A DNA stretch of 64,000 bases from Macrostomum lignano (lineage: Eukaryota): NCBI GenBank assembly GCA_002269645.1, contig NIVC01001912.1, positions 158,535 through 222,534 of the forward strand. The letters are read 5' to 3'. Numbering within the stretch: position 1 is the stretch's first letter; each line of letters starts with the position of its first letter. Below are positions 17,301 to 31,099 of this stretch, in pieces. The notes beneath the pieces are model-generated. The model worked only from the letters and a program-made list of their open reading frames with translations. It did not search any database and was not told the origin of the DNA. Position numbers and translations under genes: made by a program.

Positions 17301-18275
17301 GATTGGGGTAGACACCCTGAATGGTTGAAGGATTTAGGTAGACACCCTGAAGGGCTAAAGGATTGGGGTAGACGCCCTGAAGGGCTAAAGGATTGGGGAG
17401 ACGCCCTGAAGGGCTAAAGGATTGGGGAGACGCCCTGAAGGGCTAAAGGATTGGGGTAGACGCCCTGAAGGGCTAAAGGATTGGGGAGACGCCCTGAAGG
17501 GCTAAAGGATTGGGGTAGACGCCCTGAATGGTTGAAGGATTTAGGTAGACACCCCTGAAGGGCTGAAGGATTGGGGTGGACGCCCCTGAAGGGCTAAAGG
17601 ATTGGGGTAGACACCCTGAATGGTTGAAGGATTTAGGTAGACACCCCTGAAGGGCTGAAGGATTGAGGTGGACGCCCCTGAAGGGCTGAAGGATTGGGGT
17701 AGACACCCTGAATGGTTGAAGGATTTAGGTAGACACCCCTGAAGGGCTAAAGGATTGGGGTAGACGCCCTGAAGGGCTAAAGGATTGGGGAGACGCCCTG
17801 AAGGGCTAAAGGATTGGGGAGACGCCCTGAAGGGCTAAAGGATTGGGGTAGACGCCCTGAAGGGCTAAAGGATTGGGGAGACGCCCTGAAGGGCTAAAGG
17901 ATTGGGGTAGACGCCCTGAATGGTTGAAGGATTTAGGTAGACACCCCTGAAGGGCTGAAGGATTGGGGTGGACGCCCCTGAAGGGCTAAAGGATTGGGGT
18001 AGACGCCCTGAATGGTTGAAGGATTTAGGTAGACACCCCTGAAGGGCTGAAGGATTGAGGTGGACGCCCCTGAAGGGCTGAAGGATTGGGGTAGACACCC
18101 TGACTGGTTGAAGGATTTAGGTAGACACCCCTGAAGGGCTGAAGGATTGGGGTGGACGCCCCTGAAGGGCTGAAGGATTGGGGTGGACGCCCCTGAAGGG
18201 CTGAAGGATTGGGGTAGAAGCTCCCTGAAGGGCTGAAGGATTGGGGTAGAAGCTCCCTGAAGGGCTGAAGGATAG
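14324..18275. repeat. 30/31-bp minisatellite (cctgaagggctaaaggattggggtagacgc family), about 3.9 kb, with higher-order repeats
   Basis: Direct reading; identical or near-identical ORF-track translations recur at 1101-bp and 392-bp offsets. Confidence 0.97.
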
Positions 18276-19499
18276 GGATAAAATCCTCGGAATGTCTGAG
18301 AGAATGGCGGCAGAAGTCCCTGTAGGAGGAATTAAAGAAAATTAGCGAGATGAAAATGAGAAGTTCTAAAGGCTCGTCCAAGGTCGCCATCGAATGAGCC
18401 AAAAAAGTACAAAGCAAAAATTCATTATATATTTACGCTCATACTCCAGGTAGTAAATCGTAACCAGAAAAATATATACTGCAAAATAATACTAAAAATC
18501 ATTTACCTGCGCTCTTGTACTCAAAGCCTGGCCTCGCGGGGTGGGGTTTACTGCGTGGTCGCCAGCCATTGCGTCATTTTTCTCGCATTGTCTCTTGCAG
18601 GCGGTGATCGGATCGAACACAGAGACACACGTTGCGTCAACACACAGATAACTCACCTACCCCGCAAACAGATAGCTAGCCCAATCTCGCCAGTTGCTCA
18701 ACAATGCCTATAGGCGGGGTAAAATCGTACATTTATGAGCACACGCATCTTACTCATCTGGTTGAAATCAGTTCAGTTCAAAGTGTGGCGTGTTCTATCT
18801 GTACCTGCTCGAGACTAATAAGACAGTGCTCATCTGTCTGTCTGGGGCTGCTTTTTGCCCCATCCGCGATACTCTGGCGCAGCTGACTCAGTTTTCAACG
18901 ATTTATCCGCACTGACCATCAGCAGCAGAAACAACAGCCAGCCTAGAAAGATCCTTCATAACTAATTCCGTCTGCCTCATCCAGGTAAGGTCATCTCTGT
19001 CGCCTGTTTCAGCCGGGCAGCGATGGGTAGTCAGAGAGAGAGAGAGAAACTGTCCAGAATCATTCCAACCGATGATGTCAGTTGCTGACTTGATTACGTA
19101 ATAGAAGTAAGTTTTCCTACCTCTATCTGTCTCTCATGTGTTTCTGTCTGAAATCGAATGAGGAAGTGTATAGATGGGTCTGTCCTGTCCGTCCACTCAA
19201 CTCTTTCTGTTGTCTTTTGCCGGTTTCAAAAAATTCTGTCCCAGGGGTAGGCGGGTCACTGAGGGAGGGGCTTCGCATCCGTTTGCTGATGTTCAGGTGT
19301 GTGCAAAGGTGTGTGCGTGCCCCATTGTGTGTCCGAGTTGACTGCTAGTTGCCAACGCAAAGAATTATAGATCCCGGTTGGGGAGGTTGAGGGATGATTC
19401 TCATTTATCTAATGCGATTAAACTTGAGCTGTCAAATGAGTCGAATTTAACTGCTGATTTGCGAAGCTAATAAAGACTCTGCTTTCAGATAGATGTACG

Positions 19500-20302
19500 G
19501 TAATTTTCTGACAGACTTGCAGACATATAGATACAGACATTTTTACAAGGACTTACCCTAATGTTCGGACACAGATATTTACACTACAGATACCTTAGGA
19601 AATTTAAGAATACTTACAGGCTTTCAACTTGCAGACCCTTACAGACACTTACAGACACTTATAGACGCTGTAGACATATGCTTACAGACGTGTACAGATG
19701 CTTACAGACACTTACGGACATTTATAGAAACTTACAGACACTTATAAACACTTGAAGATGCTTACAGGCGTGTACAGACGCTTACAAGCGTTTACAGACA
19801 CTTACAGACACTTACGGATACTTATAGACACTTACAGACACTTACAGACACTTACAGACGCTTACAGACACTTACAGACACTTACAGATGCTTACAGACG
19901 CTTGCGGTAACTTACAGATACTTAAAATTAACTTACAGACACTAACAGACACTTACAGATACTTACAGACACTTACAGACACTTATAGACACTTACAGAC
20001 ATTTACAGAGACTTACAGACACTTACAGACACTTACAGATACTTACAGATACTTACAGGCACTTACAGACGCTTACAGACACTTACCGACACTTACAGAC
20101 ACTAACATACACTTGCAGACACTTATAGACACTTACAGACATTTACAGAGACTTACAGACACTTACAGACACTTACAGATACTTATAGATACTCACAGAC
20201 ACTTACAGACACTTACAGACACTTACAGACACATACAGACGCTTACAGACACTTACAGACACTTACAGACACTTATAGACACAGACACTTACAGACACTT
20301 AA
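19500..20302. repeat. 10-bp minisatellite (acttacagac)
   Basis: Direct reading; degenerate left part, more homogeneous right part. Confidence 0.93.
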
Positions 20303-22524
20303 AAGACGCTGCGTTAAGCGATAAGACTGAGATGAGCTTGGACATACGAGTACATATAAATTCCATAAAAATCTTTCCCAATCAAAATGGTAACATTAGG
20401 AAACTCACTATGCACCTACTTGGCTTTAATTGATTTATTAAACTAGAATTCTCCCGAAATTGACCTCCTTAGTAGAAATATAAATCCTTACAAGATCATA
20501 CGCAACCCTCTGCCTTAATTCCCTTTTTAGTTCCATAGAGCTTATCGCTGACCGAATCCGCGATGCGCAGACAATGAAATTTTGCATTCAATTAGATAGA
20601 TAATTAAAATGCGCTCAATGTTGCCACCTTGTGAGGAGAAGGCCCGCATAGACACGGTGCAGTGTGAATCAATACTACACGGATATCACTGCACTCAATT
20701 ATCACTGTACAAGTCATGCATTGTTACATAAATGCTTATAATTGACTGTAAATATTAAGCACGGACACAATGCGCGGCTCCTCACACACAAGACACAGCG
20801 GGAAGTCCCGACTATTATTCAGAGCTGGAAATTGAAACATCAGCACTGCATTAGGAGCGTATATAGGGGGCCGATTCTCGCCAGTGTTTGCGCTGCTCTT
20901 CGCACTGCAATAACGGGTGGTCACTGCCGGGTTCTGCACCGATCAACTCAGCGGGGGTCGGGCGGTTTATGATTATTCAGTGCTGCTGCTATTCTCTCTT
21001 ACTTTCTGCAAGATCTCAGACCTGTCATGTACACCGCCACCCCCACCCCGCGCGGCTATTGTTGTGAGTCTGCGCGGCACTGGCGTCAGTGGCGGTGGCG
21101 GCGGCGGGTCAAGATGGCGACATTGGTCTGGCGGCCTGTCAGTCACGGGATCTCCCGAAGCCTACAGTGTGAGTCCTTCACCAGTGTGAGCTGATGCACC
21201 AGCGTGTCTGCGTGCCAATTTTTGATTAGTCTTTGATCAGGTGACCCCGTCGTGACAGACAGGAAGGTCGGGCAAGCAGCCTATTATGCTAGGTTTCTCT
21301 TTTCTATTTAGTAAGTAACTTTCCCTTTAAGCACAATTGCAGCATTCATCTTACTAACTGCCTTTACTCAACTGGGAGCTCAGCTTCACAAAAACCTGTT
21401 TTTCATCTTTACAACTTTGGAGGGCGATGCCCACTTGATGCCCCTGTCTGATTGCGCAATTCAATTGGTTGGATAGACCGGTCTGAATTGGATGTCAGTC
21501 TCGTCCCATCTACAAACGGTAGGCGGAGATATGAGCAAGATAAATAAAGCAAGACACGGTACAACCCCTCAACTGAGCTGTTTACAACCAAAATCCGCAA
21601 TTTCACGGATGAGGCATTGTCGTGTCATTTGAGTCTGTTCGACTTCTGACCTTCGAATAGCTCTAAATAGCTCCTGCTCTCGAACAAACGCACACCCTAG
21701 GGGGTTATACGTGGGCGCGAATATAGACCTCCTGAAGATGAGACAGCTTGAACTCCGAACCGAACCGTTCTCAATCGAGACCAGTTTCCCTACCTCACCC
21801 ACACTGTATCTGTTTCTCACCCAGTCTCAAAGGTGTCGCTCCAGAGAAGTAACTCAGCAAAAGTGGCCAGTCCAGTGAAATTGGCAGGTAAAAGTAGAGG
21901 AGGGGGAGGGGTAGCGAGAAGCATTGAAAAAACCCGAGGCTGAGAAATGGGGACCAAAGCGGAGCAGCTCATTAATTATGCAGACAGATTATGGTTGTGC
22001 CGGCCGAGTCCCAAATGGCACCAAGCCAACACGATCCACTTCACTTTTCACACCTCATCAGCAGCACAAAAATTTTATTTTCCCCGCTGTTTCGAGCTGA
22101 GCGAGGCCACCAAGTCCTCCGTGGGCAGCGTGTGCGAGCGTCTGGAAGGTGCTGGAGACAATTAACCTGTTTGAATGGCAAGTGTCCGTCCTTGGGCCAC
22201 TGGGGAGACTCCTGTGTCCGGTGGGAGGGGCCGCTCCCCACTGAAGCATATGGGAAGTTGTCCCTTTCCTCACCCCCAGCGGCCCTTCTGCGCCAGTTCC
22301 CAGCGGATGTTATGGGAGTTTGGGGCTGGGAGACCACTGGGAGAGGAAGTGAAAGATTCTGCATCGTCTGGGGGATGCATGAGATTCTGCTGTAGGCAAG
22401 GACAGGTAGGGCCGTTGCAGAAATTTGGAGTGAATTTCATGTTTGAGGAAACTCGTTCTTGCAAAATGTAATATTACTATAGCTCTGATTATGTTCACGG
22501 AAGTATTGTTACACTGGATTGATA

Positions 22525-22960
22525 CTTCAGACTGTGATACTGTAGAGAGACATACTGGAGAGTGAGAAACTGGAGAGTGAGATACTGAAGAATGAGTTAC
22601 TGTAGAGCGAGATACTTAAGAGTGTGATACTGTAGAGAGACATACTGGAGAGTGAGAAACTGGAGAGTGAGATTCTGAAGAATGAGTTACTGTAGAGTGA
22701 GATACTGTAGTGACATACTGGAGAGTGAGATACTTCAGAGTAAGATACTGTAGATTGAGATGCTGGAGAGAGAGATGCTGGAGAGAGAGATACTGGAGAG
22801 TGAGATACTGTAGCAGTGAGATACTTCAGAGCGAGATACTTCAGAGTGAGATACTTCAGAGTGAGATACTTCAGAGTGAGATACTTCAGAATGAGATGCT
22901 TCAAAGTGAGATACTTCAGAGTAAGATACTGTAGAGTGACATACTGGATAGTGAGAGACT
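22525..22960. repeat. 15-bp minisatellite (gtgagatacttcaga / gtgagatactggaga)
   Basis: Direct reading. Confidence 0.88.
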
Positions 22961-25009
22961 GGTGAAAAGTGACTGATTTATTATGTTTTTGTGACAGACC
23001 GCACAGAGCAAGCATCAGTTATTGATCAGCGCCAGCTTTCACATTACACCCAACCCGCTCTGCGCCCACCTGCGAACAAAGGTGGCTCGTGCCACAGTCG
23101 CAGGTTTCTCAGCCTCTCCGGCTCATCGCATGGGCGGGGCAGGCTGACCCCCCTATTGCGCAACAAGTTCGCGCGTGCGAGGACCGCAAGGCATTACAGT
23201 TTAGCACCCCATTTCCTATGGTTGAGCAATTGTTGAAAAACAACTGGATGGATGTGGCCAAGCTGTGGCAGAGCAGTCCGAGTCTACTAACTCCCCACCC
23301 CCTGAGGCAGCGCTGCTTGCGCATGCAGATAGGATAGACATGAACTGGCTTTTTCCTATGCAGCTCATCCTCTGCTTGAGCTTGCGCAATCCAGCTCAAC
23401 TCTCGGCTTTATTGAATGGAATTCCCTAATTTTGTGTCTCCCTACTTTCGCACCTCTAACAGAGCCAACAGACAGGCAGAGGGCATATGGCGGGGCTCAT
23501 CAGCTGGTTTTGAGGAGGTCAGGCAGGACAAGGATGATGTGCGCAGAGCACTGAGATGGCGCCCTGTCTATTTTACTAATTGGATAGAAGTGTAGACAGA
23601 GTTCGAGCGAAACATGCACTGCTGCTTGGCTTTATAGTTTAGGCGCCAGAAACTGCTTGCGAAGCATTTCAGTTTTTGAAAGGCTTTGCATGTCAACCAT
23701 CGGAAGGCAAGAGGCCGAGGTGAAGTCATCTTCTGCCGCGCAAGCAGATTACGGTGATTAGAAATTGATTGGGTCACTCTCTTTTTTTCAAATCGGTTAG
23801 CAACGAGAAGTTTTGTCCGTTGGCATTAAATTAGATAATCTCTTGAGTCAATTTTCTTATTTTATTAACTAAGTGTATAATAGATCTAATCGCTTGGGGG
23901 TATCCGAGGCCCGAGGTATCCAAGGTAAAGGTGAAAAACGTTCGGATTATATTTTTTAGAATGCGCAAGGTGGAGAGGAAGTGAGGATTTATAATCCCTC
24001 TTGAACCTCGGTAGTGGTGAAGCAATGGGCTGCAGGTATTTAACTGCAATCCCCCCGGCTCCGCCCAATTTTCGGTGGGTTGAAAACTTTTTTTCGGCAT
24101 TTTTCGGGCTTCTTTTCGGCACACAGAAACTCGGGCCGGTTCGCCTGGCGGTTGGGGGGGGGGGAGTTTAAAACCGCTCAGCTTCACGCCCCATCAGATA
24201 ATGGGCCCAAACACCCCCTTACCGGTCTGAAAAAGTTTGTAATTTAGCCAGCCTGTAGACTTCACTACGATTCTCATTAACAAGCTCGGGCAGAAAATGC
24301 CTGTAAAAAAACTTTATTTTTGTTTTCATTCCGATCTCGAGTTTCATCTCCCAACCTTGCATCGCTAGAGTTCAAGATTGGGTCACAGTTCATGCTGCAC
24401 AATGACTCATAAAATATTCATCAATCGTACTATTATAGCGATCACAATGCACTGATGTCCCTCTGCAGCTCTGGATATTGATAGCCGCTCTTTCATTCAT
24501 TTGCACTAAAAGCAAGTAGAGGGAAGGATATACAGAGAAAATGCTTTATCCTCTCTGGCACTATCATCCTCCCCTGACCGCCCATGCAGCCTCCCGCATA
24601 GTACCCCACGCGCTGCATCATTTCTCGGCCAGTTTTTCCTACAGGAATACCAAGCTTGGGGAGGTGGCGTCGGGAGGTTCCTTTTTGTGCTGCCTCGCTC
24701 GCTTGTGGAATCATTTCAGCGCATCCATTTCACTTCCCCTATCTCCGCTTTCTCCATTGCCCACCTCTCTCTCTCTCTTCCCTGAAGTTCCTTCCAGACA
24801 CTTTGATGTGAAAGCAACCGCATGGCTGGCAGAGTGAAAAACCGCTTTAATACGCAAATATCTATTGCAAGCCTTTTTCGTCCCGTCCCAGTTGCGGTGC
24901 ACAAAACTGTTTTCATTACCACTTGCTCACTGCAGTTTGTCAGCGTATAAACAAAGTATATAGCATCCGTGGCATAAAAGTTCAACGTTTCTGACAGAAA
25001 GTCTGCGTC

Positions 25010-26585
25010 ACTGACAACTGACACTAGTTTAGCATCACTGACACTAGTTTAGCACAACTGACACTGGTTTAGCATCACTGACACTAGTTTAGCACAACTG
25101 ACACTGGTTTAGCATCACTGACACTAGTTTAGCATCACTGACACTGGTTTAGCATCACTGACACTAGTTTAGCACAACTGACACTGGTTTAGCATCACTG
25201 ACACTAGTTTAGCACAACTGACACTTGTTTAGCATCACTGACACTGGTTTAGCATCACTGACACTGGTTTAGCATCACTGACACTGGTTTAGCATCACTG
25301 ACACTGGTTTAGCATCACTGACACTAGTTTAGCATCACTGACACTGGTTTAGCATCACTGACACTAGTTTAGCACAACTGACACTGGTTTAGCATCACTG
25401 ACACTAGTTTAGCACAACTGACACTTGTTTAGCATCACTGACACTAGTTTAGCAGCACTGACACTTGTTTAGCATCACTGACACTGGTTTAGCATCACTG
25501 ACACTAGTTTAGCATCACTGACACTGGTTTAGCATCACTGACACTGGTTTAGCATCACTGACACTGGTTTAGCATCACTGACACTGGTTTAGCACAACTG
25601 ACACTGGCTTAGCATCACTGACACTGGCTTAGCATCACTGACACTGGTTTAGCATCACTGACACTAGTTTAGCATCACTGACACTAGTTTAGCATCACTG
25701 ACACTGGTTTAGCATCACTGACACTGGTTTAGCATCCCTGACACTGGTTTAGCATCACTGACACTGGTTTAGCATCACTGACACTTGTTTAGCATCACTG
25801 ACACTGGTTTAGCATCACTGACACTGGTTTAGCATCACTGACACTGGTTTAGCATCACTGACACTGGTTTAGCAGCACTGACACTTGTTTAGCATCACTG
25901 ACACTAGTTTAGCATCACTGACACTAGTTTAGCATCACTGACACTGGTTTAGCATCCCTGACACTGGTTTAGCATCACTGACACTAGTTTAGCAGCACTG
26001 ACACTTGTTTAGTATCACTGACACTGGTTTAGCATCACTGACACTAGTTTAGCATCACTGACACTAGTTTAGCATCACTGACACTGGTTTAGCATCACTG
26101 ACACTGGTTTAGCATCCCTGACACTGGTTTAGCATCACTGACACTGGTTTAGCATCACTGACACTGGTTTAGCAGCACTGACACTTGTTTAGCATCACTG
26201 ACACTAGTTTAGCATCACTGACACTAGTTTAGCATCACTGACACTGGTTTAGCATCCATGACACTGGTTTAGCATCACTGACACTGTTTTAGCATCACTG
26301 ACACTGGTTTAGCAGCACTGACACTTGTTTAGCATCACTGACACTGGTTTAGCATCACTGACACTGGTTTAGCATCACTGACACTGGTTTAGCATCACTG
26401 ACACTGGTTTAGCATCACTGACACTGGTTTAGCATCACTGACACTAGTTTAGCAGCACTGACACTAGTTTAGCAGCACTGACACTTGTTTAGCATCACTG
26501 ACACTGGTTTAGCATCACTGACACTAGTTTAGCATCACTGACACTGGTTAAGCATCACTGACACTAGTTTAGAATCACTGACACA
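25010..26585. repeat. 20-bp minisatellite (acactggtttagcatcactg), about 78 copies with no indels
   Basis: Units stay in column register across the 60-nt lines. Confidence 0.98.
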
Positions 26586-26611
26586 AAACTTAGTATCTTT
26601 GACACAGAAAA

Positions 26612-26900
26612 TCAAGCTTTCCTGACTCAACTTCAAGCATTCCTGATACAACTTCAAGCATTCCTGACACAATTATAAGCAATCCTGACACAATTATAAG
26701 CAATCCTGACACAACTTCAAGCCTTCCTGACACAATTATAAGCAATCCTGACACAATTATAAGCAATCCTGACACAATTATAAGCAATCCTGACACAAAG
26801 TCAAGCAATCCTGACACAACTTCAAGCCTTCCTGACACAAATTCAAGCAATCCTGACACAAAGTCAAGCAATCCTGACACAAATTCAAGCATTCCTGACT
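26612..26900. repeat. 21-bp minisatellite (cctgacacaattataagcaat)
   Basis: Direct reading; 7-aa periodicity in the minus-strand ORF 26590-26937. Confidence 0.9.
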
Positions 26901-29749
26901 CAAAGTTATTGCCATCAATCAGAGACCACTTCTTCATTTAATTTCAACAGTATGAGCTTAGGCGCACCGCTACATTGTCAATGGCCTTCTCATTAATTTT
27001 ACTGAAATAATAATCTTATTGAATAGAATTTTCAATGACAAAGAGAGGTCCACAGTGCCCACCCACTCTCTAATCCTAGCCAAGCCGCCCCATTCTTCTC
27101 GGGGGGTTCAGGATTTAAGCGACTGGCTGCCATTGGCTCAGGCGCCTGGCCAATAGGAAGCGGTCCCAATTATAATTGGGGACTTTAAGCTGTGCAGAGT
27201 ATTAATAGATAACCCACACCCGTTGGGGGAGCGAGGCCCAGATCAAGGCAGGGAGGAGTCGAACTCTAATTAGGGAATACAAGCTTCCATTGTTCGAACA
27301 GACCGTATCAGAGCGCTGCACACCACAATGCTGGCTGTCTGCATTTAATTGTCATTTGGACCTGACTATTAATTGTTCATCAAGATCTTGTCATCAAGAA
27401 CTCGGCGATTCGCACAATTGGATCAAAGGTGAGTTGTGCTCAGATAGAAAATTAACATAATTGTGTATGATTTGATTAAATTTATACGGGCCAAGTTGAC
27501 CAGCACAATAATTCTGATCAGCTCTACCGGCTTCTGTTTCAAGTTGTTTTCATTTCGAAAAGCAGAAAAATCTGCTGATAGGATAATTCTGCTTTTGTGC
27601 TGATTTTTTTTACCTGCGGGTCAAAATCACGGGGAGCGGAGATGTGGCTGCAGATTTGCCTTCGTATCTGTCACAGTTGACCAATACTGGCTGCTAGTTA
27701 TGTAGTTAAAGGAATTATAAAAATTATATGTTCAATTTCCCAGCAAGCTGATCAACATTTTACAGCTTACTGGTATAATGCAATTTTGTGGCTTAGGTAG
27801 AGGTATGGTAAAAAAATACGCAAAGTGTGATTGACCTCTATGCCGTCTATCTAGTGCTTGACAGACGACAGAAGTCCTTTCATAGGCTATGGGTTGGCTG
27901 GCCCAGTGCTACTTTATTAATACCAGGTGCCATAGCCCTTCCTGGCACCAAAAATACGCTTGAATTTCCTCTCGCCAAAGTCATTTATTTCACGACTGGG
28001 GTTTTATTGCCTGCAAAGCGCTCCCGCGTTGTGGCCTCTGTCAGATCAGGAAGGTGCTAAAACTGCGGGGATTTAATCCCCTTCTCCAGCACAAAAGTCG
28101 GATTAACGATCTTTTGGAAATCTACAAAACCATTGAATGAGTCTGAGATTGGGAAAAAGTTGAAATTTCTCCTATTTGTTTCTTTGAATAGAACCAGCAA
28201 AGTATTAATAGATTTTCTAGGGAATCTTTGAGTTCTCAGAGGAATCAGCCATGCTCAGTGGCCCTTCAGCCCGGCAACTTCTACAGATGAAGTATGAAGG
28301 GATTTGCTTTCACTGCACAAGCAGGGAGTTAAATCACAGGCTTGGTTGCTGGGTGGGGGTGTTAGCTGGGAAGATATCCCAGATCCCCAGTGGTATGCTG
28401 CGGAGCTGCGCGAATCCAAGGGCGGGGGGAGAAATGAAAAATTCATTTTCCAAGAAATTGACTCGGGCAGCTCGGGCAGAAGAATCGGGTGCGGGGAGGG
28501 AGATGCGGAATTGAGGATTTTGAAGGGGATTTAGAAGGACTTATTAAAGCAGCTAGGGATTGCTGTGCACTACGGCATCAAAAAGTGTTTGGTTCCCTCA
28601 AGCACCACCAACAGCAATATTATGGGCAAGCAACTGAAGAAAACTGGAAGCTAGTGGCAAAGTCTCTTCAAAAAAAGTCGTTAACCGGAATTTCGGCCAC
28701 AAATAATGGCACTGCGCTTCTGCCGTTGGCCCGCTCGGCTTCTGTTGCGCAAAATGCCACACGGAAAGGAGGAAGGGTCTTCATCGTAAATCTTCAAATA
28801 GCAATGGAAAATAAATTGGCAAGGAGGCAAATATAGATTGGATTTGCAGAGCTGTTGGAACCTGGGTTGTGGCGTTGCCATGCGGCGGAGCTCTATTTCA
28901 GTGTAAAGTGCTTTTTGAGCTTCTCTATATTAGCTGAATGGAGACTGGTAGAATTCCGTAGATCATAGGGGGGGGGGGGAATTCGAATTCGAGTTCGAAT
29001 AGCGGAAGTGCCGAGGCTGCAAACCCGTAAAAGAGTGATTTGTTGCAGTTGCATGTGTCTCGGTCTCGCACTGATGCGGCCAGGCCCAGATGCACAGATA
29101 AACTAACTGCATTCATTACCAAGGCTCAATTATGTCTGTCGCATTCTGGCTATCAGCTGAGAGCAGAGCGGCCTGGGACCAGCAGGAATGCCAAATGTTG
29201 AGGACTAGGAATGAAGTGAGGAACATTTTAAACGGCTGTCTCTCAGGCGGCCCGCCGGGACTCCCCCCCCCCCATACTGCTAGTGAATATCATTATGCAA
29301 AGTGTGTTGCTGCGGCCGCTGCACCGGTGCATGAAATGACTCTATGGCCGGAGCTGGCCGGAGCTGGCCGGAGCTGGCCGGCCGAGCAGATTGCCTGCTC
29401 AGGTCCGAACTGGGCAAGTGTCGCTGGAGGGGAGGGGCCGCGTTGTCCTCCTGTTTTGCGGAGACAATTTCTGCAAACGACCAGCAGCCCCCGGGTTCCC
29501 CTGGGTCCATGAGAGTTCCCGCGGACTGTCCCCAGCAGCCTGAGGCTGCCGCTGCAGAGTCGGTCCGGCTTGGCAACTATTTTATGCAAATCAGCTGCGA
29601 TCAGCCTGGTTGCTGGGGCACCATCAGCACAAATGGGATCTGCGAGACAAAAAACAGTTCAATTTGTCACTCGGCTTAATTCTGTGAGGTATTTTTCCCA
29701 ATCCCAAATTTTTGAACCCGAACTTCTTTCCAAACCTTTTTTTCTAAAC

Positions 29750-29960
29750 CCGAAATTCCTACAGACCGAAATTCCTCCGCCAAAATTCCCCCAGATCGGA
29801 ATTCCTCACCTGAAATTACTCCAAGCTGGAATTCCTCACCTGAAATTCCTCCAAGCAGGAATTCCTCACCTGAAATTCCTCCAAGCAGGAATTCCTCACC
29901 CAAAATTCCCCCGAACTCCGAATTTTTTTAACGCAGAAATTTCCAGAATTCCAAAGATTT
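29750..29960. repeat. 30-bp tandem repeat (ggaattcctcacctgaaattcctccaagca), about 6 copies, made of two 15-bp halves
   Basis: Direct reading. Confidence 0.8.
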
Positions 29961-30575
29961 GTCCCAATTCAAAATTCTCAAAACTTCCCATTCTCATGAA
30001 AGCTTGAGTTCCCTAGGATATATCATATTCCCCCAATCTCCTCAATATGAGACACATTGGTTGCTTATTTCACAAAAAGGATGCTCCTAAATCCCAAGAA
30101 ATATTACTGCCCCCAATATCAGCTCTGACCACTGACCGTAGGGAAAATTTAAGAATCCAGAAGTGAATAAAAACGAAGTGGGAGAGGCGGGAGGGAGGGA
30201 GGAGAGAGATATAGATATGAAAACGCGACTTTCCAATTAATTTCACTTGCACACTGACTGAGAAATTCGAGGGCGGGTGGGGTCTAGAGAGGGGATTCGG
30301 TCAGCTACTCATGATAAAACCACCGAAAGACTCTTTGGGAAATGTATCCACCCTTTCTGAGAAGCTGTGGTCCCTGAGTCGCTTAGCATTTGAGCACAAG
30401 ATGAGGCCTGAATCGCGCAGCCTGTCTAGATATTAAAATTATCAATATGCTGTGCAGAGAGAGAGAGAGAGGGAAGGGGCGCCTTGGTTATTCTGTCTGT
30501 GTGTTTCTGTTAGCTTGAAGTGCGCTTTTCAATTTTCGGGAATTTTCATTTCTTAAAAATCTGCAGCTATGAGGG

Positions 30576-30578
<3 letters not shown>

Positions 30579-30666
<88 letters not shown>
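30579..30666. repeat. (GA)n microsatellite
   Basis: Direct reading. Confidence 0.97.
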
Positions 30667-31099
30667 GTTCAGTCAAGCCACTGGGTTTTGAGGACACAAT
30701 TGCGGCACCTCGGGGGGGGTTTCTCAACCCGCTTGGCTGATTGATTGGGGCAAAGGGGTGGAGGTTGCAGTAAGGCGCCTTTCTCTCTGTGTGACCGCCT
30801 GTAGGCTTGAGATCTGCAAGGAACTGCAGCCTGCCAGCTGTTGCAGCCGAGTAGATGGTAGGTGACGGATTTGAATTTAACTGAATAAGCTACAAAATAT
30901 AATATTGGCCGCTGTTTGCACCTACTTATAAAATACGATTTGAGCTGGGCAAACAGATTTTCCTGTGTGTACTCCGTCGCCTTGTCCGCCTTGTACTCAA
31001 TGTCCGCATTTCTTATACTATTCTGGGTGTGACTCAGAAGTGCGGGAAACCTGTCATGCTATCCGTGACGCATGTGGCTGCTGACTCTCAATTGTCGTT

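Noticed and set aside
14943-18417. Series of minus-strand ORFs with YPNPSALQG repeats
   Set aside because: Mixed 30/31-bp units shift frame continually and introduce stops; not a repeat protein.
29132-29680. GC-rich overlapping ORFs with (ggccggagct)3
   Set aside because: No codon bias, no convincing splice sites and no domain similarity.
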